A stretch of DNA of 40,477 nt. It comes from a virus. Taxonomy: Duplodnaviria; Heunggongvirae; Uroviricota; Caudoviricetes. This document shows positions 10,237 through 18,864 of the stretch, one piece after another. The position numbers and the translations under genes were made by a program. The notes under the pieces were generated by a model. That model had not been told where the DNA came from, did no database searches, and saw only the letters and a list, made by a program, of their open reading frames with translations. Numbering within the stretch: the first letter of the stretch is position 1; the number at the start of each line of letters is the position of its first letter. The stretch lies in the IMG/VR virus record IMGVR_UViG_2778261450_000004, one strand, 5' to 3'.

Positions 10237-11352
10237 TTAAATCCCTGCGTTTCTGAATGCCTGAGCATCACGCTCCCGGAGTTGCTTCAGTGTCAACCAT
10301 TCGCCTTTATCGGTGTAAAATTCATCTGGCGACATACCGCCATCCCGAATCAGCTTTGCCCGGTTTTCCCCCACAATCTGTTTTTGTCTGGTGTAAGGCT
10401 GGCGCAAAAACCATTCCCTGTAGGTTGTATCTCCGGCTACCACGCCATCCATGCTGGCCCGCTCAGCCGGGGGAATATCACGAACATCAATACCCAGTTC
10501 CTTCGCTGATTTCAGAATGAACGTTTCCGTTGAGCGGCAGCAGAAATGAATTTTTCCCGGTCCCTGCAAATAAGGTACGCTGTGACCTACAGGTTTATTA
10601 TCCAGCGTATATTTGAGGCGATCCCTGATTCGACATTGTGGCGTAGTACGATTATCAAGCGTTGATAACCATTGCTTACCCTTAATCAAATCATTATTCG
10701 CGCTGGCAAAACTCTCACGGGCAGTAGCAGCAAGATGTCCAACAGCTGTTTTTGCAATGCTGGCCGCATTAGCCCGACTCATCTGCAATGCACCATCCTG
10801 AAATCCCTTACTGACATGTCCCCGAATTTTTCTTGCGATCTGCTCATTGGTATCACCCAGCAAAAAACCCTGACGTACCGTATTTGTAATGCGTCTGAGC
10901 CGATCCGCCTCAAGATCTGAGGCCCACTCACTGAGCAGTCGCCCCTGGAATGGTCGCGCCATTGCAGCGGCATAAAGTGCATCTGGTGAGATACCAATCA
11001 GCGGATGAACATCAGCAACAAAATCAGGTAGCAGAGAATCAAACAGACTTAACTGATAACCTGCCTCATAAATTGCCAGCTCGTTCAGCTCTCCGGAGAG
11101 ACTGGTAAACATGCTGTTAATAGCCGCACGGTTAACCTCTCTGACACTCGTCAGAAGTGATTCCAGGCGCGTAACGGTGAAACTACCTGGATCGAGGCTG
11201 TCCAGTGCCACCAGCAGCCGAGCTGTAAGCTCCGCATCGCTGTCGTTCAGAGTTTTCACCATTCTGGCAGCCACACCAGTGCTATAGCGAGATATCCAGA
11301 CTGCATGAGCAATTGATTCATCACGCAGCCGTTCATTCACTGTTTGCATCAT
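10237..11352 (-). CDS. Head morphogenesis protein (SPP1 gp7 / Mu F-like minor head protein)
   Basis: 371-aa ORF after the portal gene; contains the TTPQCR motif I associate with this family. Confidence 0.65.
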   Translation of the reverse strand: MMQTVNERLRDESIAHAVWISRYSTGVAARMVKTLNDSDAELTARLLVALDSLDPGSFTVTRLESLLTSVREVNRAAINSMFTSLSGELNELAIYEAGYQLSLFDSLLPDFVADVHPLIGISPDALYAAAMARPFQGRLLSEWASDLEADRLRRITNTVRQGFLLGDTNEQIARKIRGHVSKGFQDGALQMSRANAASIAKTAVGHLAATARESFASANNDLIKGKQWLSTLDNRTTPQCRIRDRLKYTLDNKPVGHSVPYLQGPGKIHFCCRSTETFILKSAKELGIDVRDIPPAERASMDGVVAGDTTYREWFLRQPYTRQKQIVGENRAKLIRDGGMSPDEFYTDKGEWLTLKQLRERDAQAFRNAGI

Positions 11353-12739
11353 TGATATCCATCAGCGTTACGCCCTGGTTTTTTAATTCGTCGATCACTT
11401 CCTCTGGACGGGAATCCTGATCGATAAATTTCAACGCCTGCAACACCCGAACCGCATCAATCTGACGTATATCACCGCCCTGACGCAATGACTGAACAGC
11501 CAGCGCGGAGGATGAGTCAAACACCTGGGCAGATACATCCAGTTCAGTCCGCACATCCACATTGCCGCCGCAACTCTCGCCGATCCACTCCGCCATTATC
11601 TGGAGAATATTATCAAGGGCATCTTCGAGGGAGTTCGCCATTGTATAAAGCGGCGAGTTTTCCTGCATCCGCTCTTCATTGGTCTGATCAACAGATTTGG
11701 TGGATGTGTTTTCAGCACGCAGAAGTTTAGCGCCGGCATGACGCATCTGATTTTCCAGCTTCTCCAGTGATGTTTCGCCAGATTCTATCGCTGCGCCACT
11801 ATGTTCAACATATTCGAGGCCATTTTTTGTTCTGTCCTCAAAAATCGTAGCGGTGGATGCACCAACCGTCAGTTCTTCATTCCTGTCCAGCCCGTAGGCC
11901 ACCAGCAATGGAACGCGGGCAACATGAAGAATATTGTCCTGCTCACTCTGGCTTTGCCAGTGCTTGATATTCAACAAGCCAAGATTAAGCAATGGCGGTG
12001 TACCACGCATAAAGCCTGTTTTCTTTGTATACAGTGTTACCAGGGGAATATCATCACGGCTGGTATTCCATGACTCGTGAAGGGTCCAGACAGATTCGCC
12101 ATTAGTACCTTCGCTGCGTCGATAAATTTCAACGCAACGGGGCATAATATGGCGGATCTGCTCCACCTTCTTCTGCCCGAAATCATCACCATCAACAATG
12201 ATGATCTCTTTTATACGCAAATCAGTGAGAACGACTTTCCCTTTTTCAACTTTCGATTTCCATCCAATAACCTGGCGTGGATTCAACATCGTAACGTATG
12301 GACGACCACCAGCCGCATTTTCATCGGCTTTTGTCCGGATCTCGTTCACATCCGTTCGTGGATAATCCACCAGCGCATGTGCCACACCATACTGAAATGC
12401 GAGGCTGAAAAATTGCTGCGCCCACACATCCAGTCGGCTCCCCTCCATGTCGATATTTTCTGCATATTCCCTGATTTTTTCCGGCGTTTCCTCACTCAAT
12501 ACTGTCGGCTCTGCAAATATGCGCCCAATATTTTGCTTAATGCTTTCTTCATACACAGGAAGTAGCGTAGCCACGGACAGGCGTTTTTTATAAGCGTCTT
12601 CATCTTCGTTAGGCCATTTTGGGAGATAATTTTCTCCCTGCCTGCGCATTTCAAGCGTACCGCCCATCAGTGCGTCGTTAATATCCCACGCCTCCAGCAT
12701 ATCGTTATAGTCGAGGTTGGGTGTTGATATATCAGCCAT
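11333..12739 (-). CDS. Portal protein
   Basis: 468-aa ORF immediately downstream of the large terminase (4-bp gap), acidic C-terminus. Confidence 0.7.
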   Translation of the reverse strand: MADISTPNLDYNDMLEAWDINDALMGGTLEMRRQGENYLPKWPNEDEDAYKKRLSVATLLPVYEESIKQNIGRIFAEPTVLSEETPEKIREYAENIDMEGSRLDVWAQQFFSLAFQYGVAHALVDYPRTDVNEIRTKADENAAGGRPYVTMLNPRQVIGWKSKVEKGKVVLTDLRIKEIIIVDGDDFGQKKVEQIRHIMPRCVEIYRRSEGTNGESVWTLHESWNTSRDDIPLVTLYTKKTGFMRGTPPLLNLGLLNIKHWQSQSEQDNILHVARVPLLVAYGLDRNEELTVGASTATIFEDRTKNGLEYVEHSGAAIESGETSLEKLENQMRHAGAKLLRAENTSTKSVDQTNEERMQENSPLYTMANSLEDALDNILQIMAEWIGESCGGNVDVRTELDVSAQVFDSSSALAVQSLRQGGDIRQIDAVRVLQALKFIDQDSRPEEVIDELKNQGVTLMDINDANSE

Positions 12740-12741
12740 AA

Positions 12742-14052
12742 TTAAATCCGAAGTGATGTGACTCTTCCGGTCGGTTTGACAATAGGGAATTGTTTAACGA
12801 TGAAATAACCTCCTGCATCATTCGGGTGATCGTTGCCAGATTTTTTATCAGGCTCCCCCTTATCATCCCAGACCTGTTGCTCCAGAGATTCGGCATATAC
12901 CGGACAACGCTTCACATTAACTTTATAGCGACGCTCGCCATTGGCATTGCAGAACATTGCATTCATTGAGTTAACGCGATCTTTTACTGGCGGGTTCGAA
13001 CTGTTCACCACAACGTTAAAACCGGCCTGTTTAAGCTGAGCAATATCCGTCGCACTTGCATTATTTGATTTTCGGGAATCCCCGGAGGCATCAGGATAAA
13101 TATAAATTTCTCTCACCTTCCGGTAATCATTTCCGTCATACAGCCAGAAGCGTTCTTTAATGATACGGATCATATCCGGCGTATCGTAGGCATTGATGAT
13201 TTCAGTTACCGCACATGGAAGACCCAAACGCAGCACATGGACGATCCCCGCCATCTTTCCAACATTAAAATCCATCCCGATATAAATCGGCTCCCCAGGC
13301 TGCTCCACTTCTTCGCAATTATTCAGTTGCCGGTCAAACTGATGGTAAACAGTACCACTTGTCAGGTTCGTAAACTGTCCACGAAGATAGGCTTTAATCA
13401 GCTCTGGAGGGTATGATTCAAGAAGCGAAGGAATGTAATCTGCTGGCAGGTTCTTTTCATTATCGAAAGTAGATGCCTGCACCAGACCATACAGTGAGGA
13501 CAACTCTGTTTTTTCACGCACGGCTTTAACAAACTGCTCGTAGACAAATTTGAATCCTTCTGGCGTGGTTGTAACGTCAATACCGTTGCGAAGTCCATCA
13601 ACCTTATAACGCATACGCGCAATTATCTTGCGCCACGCAGTTCTGGCTTTTTCCTTCGGCAAAATGTCCAGTTCATCCACCAGCGCATTACCAATTTTGA
13701 AACCGACGATCGTTTGCGGCTTCTCCATCGATCTGCAGATGGTGGTTCCCCGATACTGGCGTCCGTAATAAAAATGAACCTCTTTATTTCCCTCATTAAT
13801 TTTTACGTTCAATCCCCAGTCAGCAGCAACTTCTTCCACTGTAGGGTAAAAAATATCGCGTATTTGGGGATACGTTGGCGCAAAATATCCCTGATTTATA
13901 CCAGGATGCTCCCAAATCCCCTTGCATATGCCGCCACACCCCACCCATGTTTTGCCCGAGCCAAAACCAGCAATATAGGCTTTAAATTTATGAGGCATGG
14001 AAAGAAATCGCGCCTGAGGCACATTAAGCGTCGGAGAGATCATCTTCATCAC
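12742..14052 (-). CDS. Terminase large subunit
   Basis: Walker A-like AGFGSGKTW near the N-terminus; 436 aa; overlaps the small-subunit gene end. True start may be an internal Met. Confidence 0.85.
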   Translation of the reverse strand: MMKMISPTLNVPQARFLSMPHKFKAYIAGFGSGKTWVGCGGICKGIWEHPGINQGYFAPTYPQIRDIFYPTVEEVAADWGLNVKINEGNKEVHFYYGRQYRGTTICRSMEKPQTIVGFKIGNALVDELDILPKEKARTAWRKIIARMRYKVDGLRNGIDVTTTPEGFKFVYEQFVKAVREKTELSSLYGLVQASTFDNEKNLPADYIPSLLESYPPELIKAYLRGQFTNLTSGTVYHQFDRQLNNCEEVEQPGEPIYIGMDFNVGKMAGIVHVLRLGLPCAVTEIINAYDTPDMIRIIKERFWLYDGNDYRKVREIYIYPDASGDSRKSNNASATDIAQLKQAGFNVVVNSSNPPVKDRVNSMNAMFCNANGERRYKVNVKRCPVYAESLEQQVWDDKGEPDKKSGNDHPNDAGGYFIVKQFPIVKPTGRVTSLRI

Positions 14053-15118
14053 TCCTTACCCTGGCATCAACTACATTAATATTGATCGCCACAGGCAGGG
14101 GATGTTCATTACCCTCCACCGTTTCGATCTCTTTGCGCAGCTTCTGGTTTTCCATTCTGCGCCGCTCAATTTCCAGTTCCTGTAGCCGCTTATCTGCACA
14201 TAATGCCCCGCCAGCAGAAAGCAAACGCAACAATTCACGCCGGGCGGCAGCTTTATTCTCCTGCAGGATCTCAACACCGAATTTTCCGAGCTTTGCCCCT
14301 GCATATAATTGCCGTACATCCCCATCAAGCAGAGTGGTATCGGCCATATAAAGCTGCCCTGTTCCCTCACCGCAGCACTTCGGGCAGTCCGAATTGGGTA
14401 TGGCGTTATCAACAAACCCGAGGCCACCATATTCAGGTTCAGGTTTGCCATCTCTGGAGGCCTGTGCCGCTGCCTTGTCGAATTCTGCTATATCGCGCCA
14501 CTGGTAGAGGTGATTCTCGCCCCAGCAATAACGGCAGTTAACACGGCGAAATTGTGCCAACTGATTGGGGTCGGCCTGAACAATGGCCATCAACTGACTC
14601 ACCAGTAAATCCAGGTCTGCGGTATAGCGTTTCTGGTACTGATTGCGGAAGTAGCTGATGGCACGAAAAACCCTGGCATTTCTAAGCATACGACTGGCGT
14701 TGCTGTTAGCTGTCGCACCTTGCCCTTCATAACCGGCCAGTCGGTATGCCTCTGTCGGCTTTTTACCCTGAGCAACCAGCATGGCGAATTTTGCCTGCTG
14801 GTCAGAAATGCCGAATTCATCGGGACAGAATGAAATCTCCTCCGCGCCACTCTTAATCAGGAAGGCATCGGATACCGTCTTTTTTTTCTGAGATTTTCTG
14901 TTCCGCTTTTGCGCAGTCTGCGCAGATTTTTTCTGCGCACTTTTTTGCGCAGTTTTGCGCACTTCTGTCTGCGCATTTTTCGGAGGTTTTTTGATGTAAC
15001 GACGGGCTGTTGCGTAATTCAGTCCCCTTGCTTCACACCATGCAACCGGAGATATACCGGAACGGGTGTATTCAGCAATATATTCCTGCTGCAACGCCCC
15101 CCAGTCCGGTCTGTTCAT
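14024..15118 (-). CDS. Terminase small subunit (putative), with basic low-complexity linker
   Basis: N-terminal HTH-like region, lysine/glutamine-rich repeat (KSAQKKSAQTAQKRNRKSQKKK), position just upstream of terL. Confidence 0.55.
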   Translation of the reverse strand: MNRPDWGALQQEYIAEYTRSGISPVAWCEARGLNYATARRYIKKPPKNAQTEVRKTAQKSAQKKSAQTAQKRNRKSQKKKTVSDAFLIKSGAEEISFCPDEFGISDQQAKFAMLVAQGKKPTEAYRLAGYEGQGATANSNASRMLRNARVFRAISYFRNQYQKRYTADLDLLVSQLMAIVQADPNQLAQFRRVNCRYCWGENHLYQWRDIAEFDKAAAQASRDGKPEPEYGGLGFVDNAIPNSDCPKCCGEGTGQLYMADTTLLDGDVRQLYAGAKLGKFGVEILQENKAAARRELLRLLSAGGALCADKRLQELEIERRRMENQKLRKEIETVEGNEHPLPVAININVVDARVRSDEDDLSDA

Positions 15119-15121
15119 CAG

Positions 15122-15373
15122 TTAGTCCTGATTTTTATCCACCCTGAGTAACTCACGCAGAGCAAAGGCATCCCCTTTTCTGGCAAGCTTAAACAATGCG
15201 GCTCGTAGCTCGGCTTCACCTTTCGCTCTGCCCTTACGGATGGATGCGTAAAAATTTGTCATTGCTTCCCGATTTTCTTTCAGTCGGTTCAGATCAACAT
15301 CCAGAACATCAGCGATTTGTTGTGCGGTCATCCGGCACGCAGCCAGAGACTCGACTTTCGAATACGGAATCAT
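15122..15373 (-). CDS. Small putative DNA-binding protein
   Basis: 83-aa ORF (MTAQQIADVLDVDLNRL... looks HTH-like) between the DxD protein and terS. Confidence 0.4.
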   Translation of the reverse strand: MIPYSKVESLAACRMTAQQIADVLDVDLNRLKENREAMTNFYASIRKGRAKGEAELRAALFKLARKGDAFALRELLRVDKNQD

Positions 15374-16241
15374 TTGTCACCCCCATTGGTATGCAGGGTG
15401 TCTTCTTCCTGTATTTTTCGTTAAGGATTTTTACTGCAGCGTTGTTCCAGGTGACCTGATGGTGAATGCGTTTATGGCTGGCCCCCATCAGTGAGATTTT
15501 TACGCACGAGGGCGCATACATGACGGAGTAAAAACTTTTAACGTAGGTTCCGGAATCCAGATACAGCTCGGTCATTCCGCCGCTGTTTTTCTGCGTCTGT
15601 TTCTGTCCCAACTGGACAGCACCAATCGTCATAAACAATTCACCACGGCGACCGAGATTCGTGTAAGTATTCACATCCTCGTTAATGCGCCCCATGAATG
15701 AGAACGGTCGCTCAACCGAACAGATAAAGCTGTTCATTGCCTTGCGTTTCACCCATGAAGCATGGCCGCCATTGTCACCAAGAAAATCCCCGCCCTGCGA
15801 CATAGCGATGGAAAGCGCAGGAATTGATTCGTAATACGCCAGCATTTCAGAAAGGATTGCGTCCAGTTTCCTTATCGGGAAATAGGCCTGGTCATAGTTG
15901 TGATCCACCCGAAACTGGAACTCATGATAATCATCATCGAACTGAATGAAGTATTTACACCCGACCTGTTTTGCCAGGTCGAAGCAGGCATTACGTGCGT
16001 AAAAAATTGAGCGACGGTCACCGAAATTATCGGCTTCGTCAAAACGACTGGCGATATCGGCTTTAGAAAACACCAACACCTGTTTACCAAATTCAGCTAT
16101 GTACTGATGCCGGGTTTTATCTTCATCATCAACGACGATAAAAATTTTACCGGTATAGCCAGCTCGACGTAATGTCCGGTAAGTCAGAACTTTGTCCGGT
16201 CGCCCGTGAGTCAGAATAAAGGCGCAAAAATCATCACGCAT
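15309..16241 (-). CDS. Hypothetical protein with acidic DxD-type motifs (FIVVDDED, QFDDDYHEF); possible transferase
   Basis: 310-aa ORF overlapping the ParB-like gene by 8 bp. Motifs read directly; fold assignment is a guess. Confidence 0.45.
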   Translation of the reverse strand: MRDDFCAFILTHGRPDKVLTYRTLRRAGYTGKIFIVVDDEDKTRHQYIAEFGKQVLVFSKADIASRFDEADNFGDRRSIFYARNACFDLAKQVGCKYFIQFDDDYHEFQFRVDHNYDQAYFPIRKLDAILSEMLAYYESIPALSIAMSQGGDFLGDNGGHASWVKRKAMNSFICSVERPFSFMGRINEDVNTYTNLGRRGELFMTIGAVQLGQKQTQKNSGGMTELYLDSGTYVKSFYSVMYAPSCVKISLMGASHKRIHHQVTWNNAAVKILNEKYRKKTPCIPMGVTNDSVFESRVSGCVPDDRTTNR

Positions 16242-17022
16242 ATTCCTCCTCCCCGCCGTGCATGATCTCCACCATGCGTTGCGTCATCCGGACAAATCCA
16301 TTTTCAATGGCCTGCTGATAATCAATGATCACCAGCGCCGACTCCTCAAAAAGGTGCTGAATTTCAGCGGGGGCGTGAGCGTAATAGTCCGCAATTCTGC
16401 TGAAATCAAACACCGTGTGACGCTCTGCTGCACACAGGAGGAATTTTTCGATATCAGGATCAAGGGACGCCGCACGTATCCGGCTGACCAGCTCCTGAGT
16501 TTTCGTATTGTCGTACAGTTCGCCGATATCCGGTTTATCGCCTGACGGCTCATAAACAGGCGTATCAATTTTCGTCGTGTACGGCTCCTCCTCAGTTCCG
16601 GTGCCCGGCAAAACTTCCATCAACAGTTCGTCAATTTCTGTTGGGCTGAATCCTGTCAGGGAGATATCAAAATCAGCATTGATTAACTCTGAAACTTCCA
16701 TCCGTAACAGCTCTTCATCCCAGCCAGCGTTAAGCGGCAGACGATTATCTGCCAGGCGATACGCCTTTTTCTGATCCTCCTTCAGGCCAGACAAAACAAT
16801 GACCGGAACGGAATCCATTTTGAGCACTTCAGCCGCCATAACGCGACCGTGACCAGCAATAATTTCGCCCTTTTCGTCAATCAGCACTGGATTAGTCCAG
16901 CCAAATTGCTTAATGCTTTCTACCAGTTGAGCCACCTGCTCAGGGCTGTGGGTCCTGGCGTTGTGCGCATATGGAGACAGTTTTTGTAACGGGCGATAGA
17001 CGATCTTCAATTTCTCGCTCAT
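16234..17022 (-). CDS. ParB-like nuclease (ParB/Srx N-terminal) domain protein
   Basis: N-terminus KIVYRPLQKLSPYAHNARTHSPEQVAQLVESIKQFGWTNPVLIDEKGEIIAGHGRVMAA resembles the ParB N-terminal domain. Confidence 0.65.
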   Translation of the reverse strand: MSEKLKIVYRPLQKLSPYAHNARTHSPEQVAQLVESIKQFGWTNPVLIDEKGEIIAGHGRVMAAEVLKMDSVPVIVLSGLKEDQKKAYRLADNRLPLNAGWDEELLRMEVSELINADFDISLTGFSPTEIDELLMEVLPGTGTEEEPYTTKIDTPVYEPSGDKPDIGELYDNTKTQELVSRIRAASLDPDIEKFLLCAAERHTVFDFSRIADYYAHAPAEIQHLFEESALVIIDYQQAIENGFVRMTQRMVEIMHGGEEEYA

Positions 17023-17041
17023 ACAGCCTCGCTTTATATAT

Positions 17042-17097
17042 AAAAAAGCTCACCAGCAGCCAGTGCGCTGGGTGCGCGGCGGGTGCTGCTGGTGAGC
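17042..17097 (-). terminator. Rho-independent terminator (13-bp stem)
   Basis: GCTCACCAGCAGC ... GCTGCTGGTGAGC inverted repeat, followed on the - strand by TTTTTTATATA. Confidence 0.55.
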
Positions 17098-17139
17098 CTG
17101 GCATTATCGCAGCCCCTCGCTGAAGGGCTGCTGTAATAC

Positions 17140-17319
17140 CTAACCATCCTGATGTTGTTGTGATTTCGCATTAACTAAGTCAATGAAGTCCTGACACATT
17201 TCAAGACGATGACCATGATCATCGACAAAGTTATAACGCCGAAATATATCAATAATTTCATTGGGACTTTTCCCCACAATATGAGGATATTGTTTTGATT
17301 CGTAATTATGTTTCATCAT
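17140..17319 (-). CDS. Hypothetical small protein
   Basis: ORF MMKHNYESKQYPHIVGK...; its 5' end overlaps the divergent KTSC gene, so it is uncertain. Confidence 0.3.
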   Translation of the reverse strand: MMKHNYESKQYPHIVGKSPNEIIDIFRRYNFVDDHGHRLEMCQDFIDLVNAKSQQHQDG

Positions 17320-17507
17320 CAAATCTCCAGTCTGTTGGGTATGATTCAGCAACTCTCACACTGGAAATAGCCTTTCACAATGGAGGTATCTATCAATACT
17401 CTGGCGTTCCATCCAGGATCTATCAGGGGCTTATGAATGCCAGTTCAAAAGGTCAGTATTTTCACCAGTTCATAAAGAATGTGTATCCATACCGTAAGGT
17501 AGGCTAA
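17295..17507 (+). CDS. KTSC-domain protein
   Basis: SSNLQSVGYDSATLTLEIAFHNGGIYQYSGVPSRIYQGLMNASSKGQYFHQFIKNVY fits the KTSC pattern (IGYD...LEV.F..G..Y.Y.GVP...Y). Confidence 0.6.
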   Translation: MIRNYVSSSNLQSVGYDSATLTLEIAFHNGGIYQYSGVPSRIYQGLMNASSKGQYFHQFIKNVYPYRKVG

Positions 17508-17631
17508 CTTTCAGTGGGGGAGAACTTCCCCCACATTCATATATCAACCAGATTAGATAACAGAATTTTATGCTTTCCGGACGCTGGAGCACTCTTCATT
17601 TTTCAGCAAAATATTCTGCTCTGGCAGGCGA

Positions 17632-17919
17632 TTAGTTCTGCACACGCTGCCGAACATTGTCGACAATTTCGCAGACCTGAGAGGCAGCACCGAAAAGCTG
17701 GCGAGCTTTATCCAGGCTGACACAACCCACAAATAAAAAAGGCACCAGTATCGCTACCAGTGCCCATTTCGCGGCATTCTGTATGTCCTGTGCTTTCGCG
17801 TCATGTCACCACCAACGCACAGCCCAAATCATAATAGCGACCGCCACAAGGCGAATCGCAAAGGCTGCAGCCCTTGTTAGATCAAGGCTCGCGGGAGTTT
17901 CCACTTCTATACCTTTCAT
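17632..17919 (-). pseudogene. Small membrane/lipoprotein-like ORF interrupted by an in-frame TGA at 17806-17808
   Basis: Hand translation: MKGIEVETPASLDLTRAAAFAIRLVAVAIMIWAVRWW, then TGA, then in the same frame HDAKAQDIQNAAKWALVAILVPFLFVGCVSLDKARQLFGAASQVCEIVDNVRQRVQN. GAGG SD before the ATG at 17919. Confidence 0.3.
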
Positions 17920-18040
17920 AATGGACAACCTCAAAAAGAATCTTTTATACTTTCCCACGAGGATTTTCTCCGTGCTTACTTATCACAATTTCCTCTCTGA
18001 CGTCCCCCCCGGACTGTTCCAGCAGCCGGGGTTTTACTGT

Positions 18041-18250
18041 TTATTCACTGGTATAAGTACGACATCGGGTTATTTCATCCCGGGCTATACTGTCGCCGCG
18101 ACAGATGCAATGCGCCGTATCGCCGTTCAGCGTGGTGATATAAGCCTCATCCGTTTTTTCTACCTGCAGACATTGAATATTCCCGTCCCGGAAATACTCC
18201 ACCTGAGCAGCAAGGTCAGTGTTGCGCGGATAATATCCCAGACGGTACAT
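18041..18250 (-). CDS. Hypothetical protein
   Basis: 69-aa ORF on the late-operon strand; no motif recognised. Confidence 0.3.
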   Translation of the reverse strand: MYRLGYYPRNTDLAAQVEYFRDGNIQCLQVEKTDEAYITTLNGDTAHCICRGDSIARDEITRCRTYTSE

Positions 18251-18495
18251 ATTCCCCAGAACATAAACCTCCTCGACCTGACGCCCGTCTGCCGTTAATC
18301 GGCGAACAATGACAACATTTGTCCCGTTTCGTCAGCAAGCACCGTATTCGACCAGCCGAATTCGCTTTTAGAAAAAACTCCGCATTAATAATCAAGCCAG
18401 GACACTAAATGCAGCCAGATATTAAAATACACAACACATTCATACAATTTAACACCTTCTAATACTCAACAAACCCCAATAAAAACTACAATTAG

Positions 18496-18864
18496 CTATT
18501 CCGCTGCTAATTCAATTGCCCATACGTGATTAGGAGTATATGCTTCGCTCGCACAGATATTTACCCTAACATTAGAAAGCACCGCAGCCATTGCTATTTT
18601 CCTCATCTCATTGCTCAGATAATTCTCGGGATAGTACTGCCCCCCAGGAATGAATCTGGTTTTTCCTGTAGAATCGGTTATATAAATACCCTTACTGTCC
18701 CTGTTGGTATCAGATGCTAGTTTTACCAACTGAACACTCTGTACAAGTTTGGCCGTAGTAGAAGCGCATTTATCCTTAAAAGTTTTACTTACGCCAGCAT
18801 ATGTTGGTAGTGATGCAATATTTAAGGCAATAAACAACAACGCAATTGACTTTTTAAAGTTCAT
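18496..18864 (-). CDS. eltB: Type II heat-labile enterotoxin (LT-II) B subunit precursor
   Basis: Signal peptide MNFKKSIALLFIALNIASLPTYA; mature part ends EMRKIAMAAVLSNVRVNICASEAYTPNHVWAIELAAE, closely matching LT-II B chains as I recall them. Start overlaps the A-subunit 3' end. Confidence 0.85.
   Translation of the reverse strand: MNFKKSIALLFIALNIASLPTYAGVSKTFKDKCASTTAKLVQSVQLVKLASDTNRDSKGIYITDSTGKTRFIPGGQYYPENYLSNEMRKIAMAAVLSNVRVNICASEAYTPNHVWAIELAAE

Noticed and set aside
11488-12565. + strand ORFs antisense to the portal gene (up to 162 aa)
   Set aside because: Antisense to a coupled late operon; compositionally odd translations (Cys/His/Phe-rich); no SD.
13714-14608. Several + and - strand ORFs overlapping terL and terS
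   Set aside because: Alternative frames of the terminase genes; arginine/serine-rich; no support.
17514-18298. 68-aa and 171-aa + strand ORFs (17514-17720, 17783-18298)
   Set aside because: Lie on the strand opposite to the late operon across a junk-like region; translations are His/Arg/Cys-rich with no recognisable domain; the - strand carries better small-ORF candidates here.
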